Assembly: GCA_030684775.1 (NCBI GenBank)
Contig: JAUXXW010000201.1
Location: 591 to 64,590 of the forward strand
Direction of reading: 5' to 3'
DNA: 64,000 bases
Origin: Pseudomonadota bacterium
GTDB lineage: Bacteria > Pseudomonadota > Gammaproteobacteria > Burkholderiales > Thiobacillaceae
Part shown: piece after piece, positions 19,501 to 30,090 of the stretch
Layout: the number at the start of each line of letters is the position of its first letter
Position numbering within the stretch: position 1 is the first letter of the stretch
The notes under the pieces: generated by a model
What the model was told of the DNA's origin: nothing
The model's database searches: none
What the model saw: only the letters and a program-made list of their open reading frames with translations
Program-made: the position numbers and the translations under genes

Positions 19501-20763
19501 TTACCCTTTCAAAAATTCCGCGGCCGCCCCCAGGGCGACGCGCTGTTGTTCACCTTCCCCACGCAGGGGTTTGATCGTCACTTCACCGGCCAGGGCTTCG
19601 TCGTCGCCGATAATCATGGCGTAACGGGCGCCGCAGGCATCGGCTTTTTTCATCTGTGATTTGAAGCTGCCGCCACCGCCGTGCAACACCACATTGAAGC
19701 CGGCATCGCGCAGGGTTTCGCCCGCATGTTGGGCGAAACGGCTCGCGGCTTCGCCGACATTGACCAGATAGACATCCGGTACATCGGCGGGCGGCGCCAC
19801 GCCGACCTCCACCATCAGGGCCAGCAGGCGCTCCACCCCCATCGCATAGCCGCAGGCCGGCGCCGCTTTGCCGCCGAGTTGCTGGACCAGGCCGTCGTAG
19901 CGGCCACCGGCACAGACCGTGCCCTGGGCGCCGAGGCGGTCGGTGACCCACTCGAACACGGTGTAGTTGTAGTAATCCAGGCCGCGCACCAGGCGCGGAT
20001 TGATCGTGTAGGCGATACCGGCGGCCTCCAGCCCGGCCTTGACCGCGTCGAAGTGTGCCAGCGCAGTTTCGTCGAGTTCGTCCATCAGCCTGGGCGCGGC
20101 TTCCACCAACTCGCGCATGGCCGGGTTCTTGGTGTCGAGGATGCGCAGTGGGTTGCTGTGCAGGCGGCGCTTCGCGTCTTCATCGAGCAGGGCTTCATGC
20201 GCCTGAAAATAGGCGATGAGCTTTTCCCGATGCCGGGCGCGCGATTCGGCGCCGCCCAGGGAGTTGAGCTCCAGATGGATGCAGTCGGCCAGGCCCAGCA
20301 GCTTCCACAGGCGCGCGGTCATCAACAGGTGTTCGATGTCCAGATCCGGCCCGGCGTAGCCGAGGGCTTCGATGCCGAACTGGTGGAACTGGCGGTAGCG
20401 GCCCTTCTGCGGCCGCTCGTGGCGGAACATGGGGCCGGCGTACCAGAGCCGCTTGCCGCCGTCGAACAGGAGGTTGTGTTCGATCACCGCGCGGACACAG
20501 CTTGCGGTGCCTTCCGGGCGCAAGGTCATGCTCTCGCCATTGAGTTCGTCGACGAAGGTGTACATTTCTTTTTCGACGATGTCGGTCACTTCGCCGATGG
20601 CGCGCTTGAACAGCCCGGTGTGTTCCAGGATGGGGGTGCGCATCTCGCGGTAGCCATAGGCTTTCAGCCAGGCGCGCAGGATGCCTTCGAAGCATTGCCA
20701 AAGCGGCGCATCCGCAGGCAGGAGGTCGTTCATGCCGCGCACGGCGCGGAGTGGGTTTGTCAT
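19501..20763 (-). CDS. hisS: Histidine--tRNA ligase
   Basis: [16 protein letters not shown]... over 420 aa. The ORF track start (20874) extends through REP units ([11 protein letters not shown] is REP-encoded). Confidence 0.95.
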   Translation of the reverse strand: MTNPLRAVRGMNDLLPADAPLWQCFEGILRAWLKAYGYREMRTPILEHTGLFKRAIGEVTDIVEKEMYTFVDELNGESMTLRPEGTASCVRAVIEHNLLFDGGKRLWYAGPMFRHERPQKGRYRQFHQFGIEALGYAGPDLDIEHLLMTARLWKLLGLADCIHLELNSLGGAESRARHREKLIAYFQAHEALLDEDAKRRLHSNPLRILDTKNPAMRELVEAAPRLMDELDETALAHFDAVKAGLEAAGIAYTINPRLVRGLDYYNYTVFEWVTDRLGAQGTVCAGGRYDGLVQQLGGKAAPACGYAMGVERLLALMVEVGVAPPADVPDVYLVNVGEAASRFAQHAGETLRDAGFNVVLHGGGGSFKSQMKKADACGARYAMIIGDDEALAGEVTIKPLRGEGEQQRVALGAAAEFLKG

Positions 20764-20787
20764 GGCTGGCTGGTGGCTGGTGGAGAC

Positions 20788-20917
20788 GTAGGTTGGGCAA
20801 AGCGAAGCGTGCCCAACAAACAACCGTTGCAAGGGCGTGGGCGTAGGTTGGGCAAAGCGTAGCGTGCCCAACAAACAACCGTTGCAAGTTGGGCATGCTT
20901 CGCTTTGCCCAACCTAC
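20788..20917. repeat. REP cluster (family B: GTAGGTTGGGCAAAGCGNAGCGTGCCCAAC), two direct units plus one inverted
   Basis: gtaggttgggcaaagcg[a/t]agcgtgcccaacaaacaaccgttgcaag occurs twice, followed by gttgggcatgcttcgctttgcccaacctac. The last unit contains the ispG TAG stop. Confidence 0.85.
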
Positions 20918-22149
20918 TCACCGCTGTTGCCATAGGTTCGTTTCACATAGTCTTCGACGATGGCCTGGAATTCCTCGGCGATCTGGTCGCCCTTGAGGGT
21001 GACGGTTTTCTTCCCGTCGACATAGACCGGGGCCACTGGAACTTCGCCGGTGCCGGGCAGGCTGATGCCGACGTTGGCGTGTTTGCTCTCGCCGGGGCCG
21101 TTCACCACGCAACCCATTACCGCCACGTTCATGCTCGCCACGCCGGGGTACTGGCCGCGCCAGACCGGCATCTGGGCGCGCAGCCAGTTCTGGATTTTCT
21201 GCGCCAGTTCCTGGAACACCGTGCTGGTGGTGCGGCCGCAACCGGGGCAGGCGGTCACCAGGGGGGTGAAGGAACGCAGGCCGACAGTCTGCAGGATTTC
21301 CTGCGCCACCTGGACTTCGGTGGTACGCGATTCGCCCGGCTTCGGGGTGAGCGAGACGCGGATGGTGTCGCCGATGCCTTCCTGCAACAGGATGGCCAGA
21401 GCGGCGGTGGAGGCGACGATGCCTTTGCTGCCCATGCCGGCTTCGGTCAGGCCGAGATGCAGGGCGTAATCGCTGCGTAGGGCGAGATCGCGGTAGACCT
21501 CGACCAGGTCCTGCACGCCGGACAGCTTGCAGGACAGGATGATACGGTTGCTCGGCAAGCCCAGTTCCACGGCGCGGGCGGCGGATTCGAGGGCGGAGAC
21601 GATGAGCGCGTTGCGCATCACCTGTTCCGGCTCATGCGGCTCGGCGCGTTGCGCGTTCTCGTCCATCATGCGCGCCAGCAGTTCCTGATCCAGGCTGCCC
21701 CAGTTGACGCCGATGCGCACGGCCTTGCCATAACGCGCGGCGGCTTCCACCAGGGTGGCGAACTGCTCGTCCTTCTTGGCGCCACGGCCGACATTGCCGG
21801 GGTTGATGCGCAGCTTGGCGAGTGCCTGGACACATTCCGGCACGGCCTTGACCAGGCGGTGGCCGTTGAAATGGAAGTCGCCGATCAAGGGCACGTTGCA
21901 GCCCATGGCATCGAGTTTCTCGCGAACGGCGACCACACCGCGCGCGGCTTCCTCGGTATTGACCGTGAGCCGCACCAGTTCGGAACCGGCCTGCCAGAGG
22001 TCATAAATCTGGATGACCGTGCCGGTGACGTCGGCGGTATCGGTGTTGGTCATGGACTGCACCACCACCGGAGCGCCGCCGCCCACCGCGACATGGCCCA
22101 CCATGACCTGTCGCGTGGGGCGCCGCGCGATTGTTCGGCTCATCGTCAT
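20914..22149 (-). CDS. ispG: 4-hydroxy-3-methylbut-2-en-1-yl diphosphate synthase
   Basis: 411 aa, ...[20 protein letters not shown]...CPGCGRT (4Fe-4S ligands). Confidence 0.95.
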   Translation of the reverse strand: MTMSRTIARRPTRQVMVGHVAVGGGAPVVVQSMTNTDTADVTGTVIQIYDLWQAGSELVRLTVNTEEAARGVVAVREKLDAMGCNVPLIGDFHFNGHRLVKAVPECVQALAKLRINPGNVGRGAKKDEQFATLVEAAARYGKAVRIGVNWGSLDQELLARMMDENAQRAEPHEPEQVMRNALIVSALESAARAVELGLPSNRIILSCKLSGVQDLVEVYRDLALRSDYALHLGLTEAGMGSKGIVASTAALAILLQEGIGDTIRVSLTPKPGESRTTEVQVAQEILQTVGLRSFTPLVTACPGCGRTTSTVFQELAQKIQNWLRAQMPVWRGQYPGVASMNVAVMGCVVNGPGESKHANVGISLPGTGEVPVAPVYVDGKKTVTLKGDQIAEEFQAIVEDYVKRTYGNSGE

Positions 22150-22167
22150 TGCGCTGTCATTCCGGGT

Positions 22168-23058
22168 TTATTCCAACGTCAATCGGGCGACCTTCTGCCC
22201 GATGAAGGGGGCGAGGTCGATGTGGTGGCCGTCGTAACTCAGTTTCACCTGAGCAGCCTCGCCCACCACCAACTTGAACGGCGCCTCGCCGGCAAAGGTT
22301 TCGACGCTGCCCGCGCTCACCAGCTTGGAATAGCGCTTGCCCTTGCCGTCAACCACCTGAATCCAGGCATCCAGGCCCGGAACAAAACGCAAGGTGTGGA
22401 TCTTGCCGCCGGGAACGGCGGCGGCAGGCGCGATTGGCGCGGCCTGGCTGGAAGGCGGCGCGGACTGGACGGCGGGCGCGGGCAATGGCAGTGGCGCCGG
22501 CGGCACATTGACCGGCGCGGTGGATACGGCATCGGCGGGCACCACGGTTTCCGGTGCAATGGGGAGAGGAAGTGGTTGTGGGTAGGTCGTGGGCAACGGC
22601 GCGGGTGCCGGCATGACCGACGGTGGCATGGCCGGCCCGCTGACCAACGCATTCTCGCCCTGGCGCAACCAGTAATAGAGCGCGGCCACCAGCAACAAGA
22701 AGAAAGCCAGTGCCAACAGAGGCAACAACACCCAGCGGCGCATACCGGGCGACGTGAAGATCACCCCTTCGCTGGGCGCGGTAATGGTCTCGGCGACGGC
22801 GGCATGGATGTCCACCGGCACGATCAACTGTTCCGGATCGACCTCCACCAGGCGCGCGAAATTGCGGACAAACCCACGCGTGAACACATCGTTTGGCAGA
22901 TGCGCCAGATCCTCGGCTTCCAGCGCCTCGATCTGGCGAGGACCGAGTTTGAGTTTGGCCGCCACCTCGGCGGGCGTCAGCCCGAGAGCCTCGCGCGCGA
23001 GCCTGAGCTTTTCACCGAATCCGGGATGAAAAACCGTGGGCTGCGATGCCGCGCTCAT
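22168..23058 (-). CDS. rodZ: RodZ-like cytoskeleton protein (HTH_XRE N-terminus, TM segment, Pro-rich linker, DUF4115-like C-terminus)
   Basis: GEKLRLAREALGLTPAEVAAKLKLGPRQIEALE is the HTH. ATG 23058 overlaps the pilW stop (ATGA). Conserved position upstream of ispG. Confidence 0.75.
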   Translation of the reverse strand: MSAASQPTVFHPGFGEKLRLAREALGLTPAEVAAKLKLGPRQIEALEAEDLAHLPNDVFTRGFVRNFARLVEVDPEQLIVPVDIHAAVAETITAPSEGVIFTSPGMRRWVLLPLLALAFFLLLVAALYYWLRQGENALVSGPAMPPSVMPAPAPLPTTYPQPLPLPIAPETVVPADAVSTAPVNVPPAPLPLPAPAVQSAPPSSQAAPIAPAAAVPGGKIHTLRFVPGLDAWIQVVDGKGKRYSKLVSAGSVETFAGEAPFKLVVGEAAQVKLSYDGHHIDLAPFIGQKVARLTLE

Positions 23059-23833
23059 AACAAACTCCCCATCTGGTCGTATTGGCCGGTAATCAGCCAT
23101 TGGGTTTGCATGGCTTCCGGATAACGTCGGCGCAACTGGGCGCCATAGTTGGCTTCCGCCTCGCGGTCGCCCAGGCGGCGCTCGATGCGAACGCCCAGCC
23201 AGAGCGCCTGCGCGCTGACTTCAGCCTGCTCGGTAAGTTGCCGCAACTGGGCTCGCGCGCCCAGCCAGCGATCCTGGCGAAACTGGACTTCGGCCACCCC
23301 CAAACGGGCTGATGCGTGGTTGGGCGCGCGCTGGATGGCGCGCGTGAAATACATTTCCGCCGCCGCCAGATCACCCTGTTCCAGGCTGCACGCACCGGCA
23401 TTGCTGAGCGCCTTCTCGGGCGAGACGTAGAGCGGATTAGCCAGCGCCGTTTCGAAATGTGGCCGCGCTTCCTTCATGCGCTTGCGCTGGCAGAGGAACT
23501 GGCCAAAGTTGTTGTGCGCCTCGGAAAACTGCGGCGAACGTTCGATGGCGTGACGGAAATTCACTTCCGCGCGCTGGTCCTCGCGCAACTCGGCGTACAC
23601 CAGGCCCAACATGTTGTAGGCCGGGGCGTAACCGGAGTCGGCCTTGATCGCCTCCGCCAGCTCCTGCAGAGCCACGGCATGCTGGGCGCGCAGGAAATAA
23701 TTGGCCGCCAGATCGGTATGGATCTGGGCACGGAAATCGCCACCGCCGACAGGGCGCGCCTCGGGACTGCTGTTGGAGGCGGGCTGCCCCACACAGCCGG
23801 CGAGTCCGAGCAGGATCAGCAGGAACAAATATT

Positions 23834-23837
<4 letters not shown>
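23055..23837 (-). CDS. pilW: TPR lipoprotein, type IV pilus biogenesis/stability protein PilW (PilF) family
   Basis: [15 protein letters not shown] (lipobox) followed by TPR repeats. Conserved rlmN-pilW-rodZ-ispG order. Confidence 0.7.
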
Positions 23838-25138
<1,301 letters not shown>

Positions 25139-25182
25139 GGCGGTGGAGGCGGGTGGCTTTTGCGGCCACCCGCCCGGTGCGA

Positions 25183-25611
25183 TCAACGGCCAGCGTAAAC
25201 GTTCATTTCCGGGAAGAAATAAGCCACTTCCACTTTTGCGGTATCGGTGCCATCGGAGCCATGAACGGCGTTGGCGTCGATGCTCTCGGCGAAATCGGCG
25301 CGAATGGTGCCAGCATCGGCTTTCTTGGGATCGGTGGCGCCCATCAGTTCACGGTTCTTGGCGATGGCATCTTCGCCTTCCAGTACCTGGATCATCACCG
25401 GGCCGGAGATCATGAAGGCAACCAGATCCTTGTAGAAGGGGCGTGCCTTGTGCACGGCATAGAAACCGCCGGCTTCCTGCTCGGACAACCAGGCCATGCG
25501 CGCGGCGATGACCTTGAGGCCGTTGCTCTCGAAACGGGAATAGATTTTGCCGATGACATTCTTGGCGACGGCATCGGGCTTGATGATGGACAGGGTGCGT
25601 TCGACGGCCAT
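25183..25611 (-). CDS. ndk: Nucleoside diphosphate kinase
   Basis: [23 protein letters not shown]...NAVHGSD, 142 aa. Confidence 0.95.
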   Translation of the reverse strand: MAVERTLSIIKPDAVAKNVIGKIYSRFESNGLKVIAARMAWLSEQEAGGFYAVHKARPFYKDLVAFMISGPVMIQVLEGEDAIAKNRELMGATDPKKADAGTIRADFAESIDANAVHGSDGTDTAKVEVAYFFPEMNVYAGR

Positions 25612-25755
25612 GTTGCGGTGCTCCGGATACAAGGGGGATTGATGGAAAGAGAGGGAAAGCATTGAAAAGACGCGAAAAAAGCGCGCGGAAGTTACCACGA
25701 AACCCCCCTAAAATAAAGGCGGCGCGCCACCCTTGGGCGCGGCGAGGAGCAAGGA

Positions 25756-26394
25756 ATGGCGGTTGAAAATGGCCCAATCGGTGGACTGACGGAAAACGAG
25801 GATGTGCGGCGCCGGGCGCTGTTGCGCCTGGCTGTGGCGGGCGTGGTGACAACCGCCGCGCTGGCCGGCCTGTGGTGGCTGGACCAGGGCACCAAAAAAC
25901 CCGAGAAGCCGGTTCCGGCTGCGCTACCCACCCCCATCGTCACGGCCCCGCCGCAGGAAAGCGCGGCGCCGCAACCCGTGCCGGAGGAATCCGCTCCCGC
26001 CGCCGAGGAGGCTCCCGACCCGGAACAGGACAAACCGACGCTGACCGCCTCGCCAGCCCCGGAAGCACCGCCGCCGCCCAAGGTCAGCAACGCGCCCAGG
26101 ACACTGGGCGCTCCCGGCGCCGCGCCGCGCGCCGCACAGCCGCCCGCCTCACGGGCCGCCACACCACCCGCCCCCTCGGGTGAACGTTTCGTGGTGCAAC
26201 TGGGCGTATTCAGCAATCCGGATCGTGCCCGTGAACTGGTCAACCAACTGAAAAAACAAGGCATCCGCGCCCACATGGAGACACGCGTACAACTGGGGCC
26301 ATTCGCCAATCAGGACGAAGCGGAGAAAGCCCAGGCGCAAATGCGCAAACTGGGGCTGAGCGCGCTGGTTACTCCGGCCGCCGCCATGAAATGA
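25756..26394 (+). CDS. SPOR domain-containing protein (Pro/Ala-rich linker)
   Basis: One TM segment, then an AP-rich region, then a C-terminal SPOR fold signature FVVQLGVFSNPDRARELVNQLKKQGI...QLGPFANQDEAEKAQAQMRKLG. Confidence 0.75.
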   Translation: MAVENGPIGGLTENEDVRRRALLRLAVAGVVTTAALAGLWWLDQGTKKPEKPVPAALPTPIVTAPPQESAAPQPVPEESAPAAEEAPDPEQDKPTLTASPAPEAPPPPKVSNAPRTLGAPGAAPRAAQPPASRAATPPAPSGERFVVQLGVFSNPDRARELVNQLKKQGIRAHMETRVQLGPFANQDEAEKAQAQMRKLGLSALVTPAAAMK

Positions 26395-27778
26395 GCCAGC
26401 CCGCCTCCTCGGGACCAACCTGAAACGCCGCATCGGCGCCGATTTCCGCCGCCCAGGCGAGGCGGCCATCCAGATAGATCAGCGGCAAACACTCGCGCAG
26501 CCAGGGTGGCACACCCGCTTCGCGCAGCAGGTTTTTCAGGGTGCGCGCGGGTCGTAGCGCCACCGGCCGGAGCTTCTCGCCACCCACTCGCAACCGCACC
26601 GTCGCCCGCGCCGGCAAGCGCACTCCCCGCCCCACGGCCGCGCTGAAACACAGCTTGCCGGCCGCCCCCAGATCCAGTTCGGCCTCGCCCCGCCAGGGCC
26701 ATGTCCGGGCATCCACCGCCGGTGGGTTAACGTGAAACAAGCTTGTGCCGTGGCGCCGGCGCCTCGCCGGCGAGGTGCCGGCGCTACAGCCGCCAACTCG
26801 GTCTTGGGGCGGCTTGGGCATCGACTTGAGCTGCACCAGCACGACCTGCCCCTGGAAACGCCGTAGCGTAGCCGTGCCGAAATCGACCATGGGTTGCGCG
26901 TCCCAGCGGGCATCCAGCATCTGCGCCAGGGCTTCGCGCAGGCGTTCGCGCTGGACGGGGATGCCGTGCAGTTCCAGATAGTGGCGCAGCAGATTGCGCG
27001 CGCGCGCCGCATCGAGTTCCTTCAGTCGGGCGACCTGCAATCCCTCAGGGCCGATAGTGGCGGCGCCATCCAGACGCGCCAGGACATCGAGCAGGCTGGC
27101 GCTTTCGGCGAATTGCGCGGCGGCTTGCGCCAGGGTGACGACGGCCCCCGGAAACAGGTCTTCCAGGATCGGCATCAGGTGGTGGCGGGCCGCGTTGCGG
27201 CGCAATACGGTATCGGCATTGCTCTCATCGTCCACCCAGGACCATCCCCGCGCGCGGGCATGGTCCTCGATTTCCTCGCGCGGCACGTCGAGCAAGGGGC
27301 GCAACAGCTTGAGTGAACCGAGGGCGCGTTCCTCCGGCATGGCCGCCAGGCCCTTCATGCCGGCGCCGCGCAGCAGTTGCAGCAACACGGTTTCCGCCTG
27401 GTCATCGCGCTGCTGTGCCAGCGCGAGGGCATCGACCTCCAGCCCGGAAAACACCCGATAGCGCGCTTCCCGCGCGGCGGCTTCGAGCCCCTGGCCGGCA
27501 CGACGCACTTCAACCCGCTCGACCCGTAAAGGCACATCCAGTGCGGCGCACCGCAGCCGGCAATGTGCCGCCCAGGCATCGGCCCGCGGGGAAAGGCCGT
27601 GATGCACATGCACGGCGGAGAGATGAAAATCGAACTCGCCACGCAGCTCGGCGAGCAGGTGGAGAAGCACCGTGGAATCCAGCCCGCCGGAGTAGCCGAC
27701 GCAGAGACGGCGGCCGGGCGGATGGCGGCGGAGGAAAGCGGCGACCCGAGAGAGCAAATCGTGGAGGTGAGGGATCAA
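26369..27778 (-). CDS. tilS: tRNA(Ile)-lysidine synthase
   Basis: PP-loop VGYSGGLDSTVLLH, 469 aa. Contains an in-frame core-hairpin element copy at 26790-26832. Confidence 0.85.
   Translation of the reverse strand: MIPHLHDLLSRVAAFLRRHPPGRRLCVGYSGGLDSTVLLHLLAELRGEFDFHLSAVHVHHGLSPRADAWAAHCRLRCAALDVPLRVERVEVRRAGQGLEAAAREARYRVFSGLEVDALALAQQRDDQAETVLLQLLRGAGMKGLAAMPEERALGSLKLLRPLLDVPREEIEDHARARGWSWVDDESNADTVLRRNAARHHLMPILEDLFPGAVVTLAQAAAQFAESASLLDVLARLDGAATIGPEGLQVARLKELDAARARNLLRHYLELHGIPVQRERLREALAQMLDARWDAQPMVDFGTATLRRFQGQVVLVQLKSMPKPPQDRVGGCSAGTSPARRRRHGTSLFHVNPPAVDARTWPWRGEAELDLGAAGKLCFSAAVGRGVRLPARATVRLRVGGEKLRPVALRPARTLKNLLREAGVPPWLRECLPLIYLDGRLAWAAEIGADAAFQVGPEEAGWLISWRRPE
26790..26832. 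repeat. Core-hairpin element copy inside tilS (opposite orientation relative to the gene)
   Basis: The minus strand gctcaagtcgatgcccaagccgccccaagaccgagttggcggctg aligns with the plus strand of 57131-57175. Translated as LKSMPKPPQDRVGGCS. Confidence 0.7.
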
Positions 27779-27794
27779 CCCGAATCCCGCTTAC

Positions 27795-27845
27795 GTAGGT
27801 TGCACCCAAAAGGCGGGCATGAAGGCAAAGCGCGGCGTGCCCAAC
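27795..27845. repeat. REP variant, family B-like
   Basis: gtaggttgcacccaaaaggcgggcatgaaggcaaagcgcggcgtgcccaac, between accA and tilS. Confidence 0.6.
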
Positions 27846-27851
27846 CCCCGT

Positions 27852-28817
27852 TCAGGCCCGAGCTTCCTTGAACTTTCCGTAACCCATGAGCCGGGCGTAG
27901 CGGTCGTTGAGCAAAGCGTTACGCGGACGCTCGCCGACCTCGCGCAATACTTCGGAGAGACTGGCGCGCATGGACTCCATCATCGCCTCGTGGTCACGAT
28001 GGGCGCCACCCAGGGGTTCGTTGATGATGCGGTCGATCAGGCCCAGTGTCTTCAGGCGTGGCGCCGTGATGCCCAGGGATTCCGCCGCCAGCGCGGCCTT
28101 GTCGGCGCTCTTCCAGAGAATGGAGGCGCAGCCTTCCGGAGAAATCACGGAGTAGGTGGCGTATTGCAGCATCATCACCACGTCGCCGACGCCGATCGCC
28201 AGCGCGCCGCCGGAGCCGCCTTCGCCAATCACGGTGCAGATCACCGGCGTCTTGAGCTCGGACATCACATAGAGATTGCGCGCGATGGCTTCGGACTGGC
28301 CGCGCTCCTCGGCGCCGATACCGGGATAGGCACCGGGCGTGTCGATGAAGGTAAGCACCGGCAGATGGAATTTCTCCGCCAGACGCATCAACCGCAATGC
28401 CTTGCGATAGCCCTCCGGACGCGGCATGCCGAAATTGCGGTATTGCCGCTCCTTCACGTCGCGGCCTTTCTGATGCCCGATCACCATCACCGGCTCACCC
28501 TCGAAGCGGGCGACGCCACCGACGATGGCGGGGTCGTCGGCATAGGTGCGATCGCCATGCAGCTCTTCGAATTCGGTGAACAGGGCCTGGATGTAATCCA
28601 GGGTATAGGGACGCTGCGAATGGCGGGCGACCTGCGAGACCTGCCAGGCATTGAGCTTGCCGTAGATCTGCTTGGTCAGCGCCGAACTCTTCTTACGCAG
28701 GCGGCCGACCTCCTCGGAGATGTCCAGCGACGAGTCACCCTGCACCTCGGAGAGTTCCTCGATCTTGGCTTCGAGTTCAGCGACCGGCTGCTCGAAGTCG
28801 AGAAATGTAACTTTCAT
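27852..28817 (-). CDS. accA: Acetyl-CoA carboxylase carboxyltransferase subunit alpha
   Basis: [22 protein letters not shown]...[23 protein letters not shown], 321 aa. Confidence 0.95.
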   Translation of the reverse strand: MKVTFLDFEQPVAELEAKIEELSEVQGDSSLDISEEVGRLRKKSSALTKQIYGKLNAWQVSQVARHSQRPYTLDYIQALFTEFEELHGDRTYADDPAIVGGVARFEGEPVMVIGHQKGRDVKERQYRNFGMPRPEGYRKALRLMRLAEKFHLPVLTFIDTPGAYPGIGAEERGQSEAIARNLYVMSELKTPVICTVIGEGGSGGALAIGVGDVVMMLQYATYSVISPEGCASILWKSADKAALAAESLGITAPRLKTLGLIDRIINEPLGGAHRDHEAMMESMRASLSEVLREVGERPRNALLNDRYARLMGYGKFKEARA

Positions 28818-28853
28818 GGGATTAACGCCTGAAAAAGGGCGGCCATATTACTA

Positions 28854-29016
28854 GCAGCCTGTCGGGCTTTGGTCGTCGATAGCGAAAAGCGGCCCCGGCG
28901 AGGCCAGTTTTTGCCGGCTTCGCCGCCGCATAGTCGAACTATGGGGCAAGAAGCCGGCAAAAAATGGGCCGCCGCGGTCGCTTTGCAGCCGACGATTCCA
29001 AAGTCCGACAGGCTGC
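28854..29016. mobile_element. MITE-like element H, copy 1 (19-bp terminal inverted repeats)
   Basis: The TIRs are gcagcctgtcgggctttgg (28854-28872) and ccaaagtccgacaggctgc (28998-29016), with one mismatch. A second, longer copy in inverse orientation lies at 32779-32998. Confidence 0.75.
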
Positions 29017-29040
29017 TTGAGCCGCCCACAGTGAAAACCA

Positions 29041-29526
29041 TCAGTGGTGATGCCCATGCGCGCCATGCACATGGCCGTGTTCCGCCTCCTCGGGCAGCGC
29101 GGCGCGTATGTCCTGTACCCGGCATTGCAGCCTGAGGCTTTGCCCGGACAGAGGATGGTTGCCATCCACCACCACCTGGCCTTCGGCCACATCGGTCACG
29201 GTATAGAGCATGGTTTGTTCGCCATCCTCGCTGGCCCCTTCCAGTTGCATCCCGATCTGAACTTCCTGAGGAAACAGATGGGCCGGCTCGACCCGTACCA
29301 GTTCAGCGTCATATTCACCAAAGGCGTCGTCCGGCTCCAGCACCACATCGAGCTCGTCACCCGTGGCCTTGCCTTCCAAAGACGCTTCCACTTTGGGGAA
29401 GATACCGTCATAACCACCATGCAGATAGACAGCGGGCGACTCCAGGGTCGCTTCTTCCAGCAACTCTCCGGACAGCGTGGTGAGCTGGTAAGTCAGGGTA
29501 ACGACCGTATCCTTGCCGATTTTCAC
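29041..29526 (-). CDS. slyD: FKBP-type peptidyl-prolyl isomerase SlyD with His-rich tail
   Basis: GTG 29526 (AAGGAG 7 nt upstream) gives MKIGKDTVVTLTYQL..., like E. coli SlyD (MKVAKDLVVSLAYQV). The C-terminus is HGHVHGAHGHHH. Confidence 0.85.
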   Translation of the reverse strand: MKIGKDTVVTLTYQLTTLSGELLEEATLESPAVYLHGGYDGIFPKVEASLEGKATGDELDVVLEPDDAFGEYDAELVRVEPAHLFPQEVQIGMQLEGASEDGEQTMLYTVTDVAEGQVVVDGNHPLSGQSLRLQCRVQDIRAALPEEAEHGHVHGAHGHHH

Positions 29527-29527
29527 T

Positions 29528-30001
29528 TCATAACTCCTTGATGAGATTGAGAATTTCCTCCGCGTGCCCCTTCGGGACAACAGCGTGGAGGGCGTGGCGG
29601 ATGACCCCCGCCGCGTCGATGACAAAAGTGGAACGATCCACGCCCACGCGCTGTACGCCATCCACCTCGCGCGTAACCAGAACATCGTAGGCCTTGCAGG
29701 CTATGCCTTCCTTGTCGGCCAGCAGCGGCACGGTAATACCGTGCTTTTCACGGAAGGCGCCATGACGAACGCAATCGTCGCGGGAAATCCCGACCACGGC
29801 GCAGCCCAGGCGCGCGAAACGGGCTTCCCGGTCGCTGAACTCGATCGCTTCGGTCGTACAGCCGGGCGTATCATCGCGCACGTAAAAGAACAGCACGAGC
29901 GGTTTTCCCCGGAAATCCGCCATTCTGGCGATGTTCATATCCGCATCGGGTAATTCAAAGTCGGGGGCTATTGCACCGACACTCGTACCTTCGTTCAGCA
30001 T
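29528..30001 (-). CDS. bcp: Peroxiredoxin (Bcp/PrxQ type)
   Basis: MLNEGTSVGAIAPDFELPD...FFYVRDDTPGCTTEA (peroxidatic Cys), 157 aa. SD GAGGAG. Confidence 0.85.
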   Translation of the reverse strand: MLNEGTSVGAIAPDFELPDADMNIARMADFRGKPLVLFFYVRDDTPGCTTEAIEFSDREARFARLGCAVVGISRDDCVRHGAFREKHGITVPLLADKEGIACKAYDVLVTREVDGVQRVGVDRSTFVIDAAGVIRHALHAVVPKGHAEEILNLIKEL

Positions 30002-30090
30002 CACGCAAACTCCTCGAAATAGGCCGAAAGTATTATATGGGCAAACCTCACCCCCCCCGCTCAGAGCCGGTTTCCACCGGCACCTTTTCC

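Noticed and set aside
19501-20874. Long N-terminal extensions in the ORF track (hisS to 20874, tolB to 45153, ilvI to 38240, yebC to 52134, rlmN to 25186, ndk to 25698, hflK to 12364, and others)
   Set aside because: The extensions run through REP/MITE sequence or neighbouring genes and lack homology. Internal starts match the conserved N-termini of the families and usually have a Shine-Dalgarno or a stop-start overlap.
20788-20917. Regularly spaced repeats as a possible CRISPR array (also 47631-48007)
   Set aside because: There are only 2-3 units. The units are palindromic REPs with GTAG heads in mixed orientation. The 'spacers' are themselves duplicated, and no cas genes are present.
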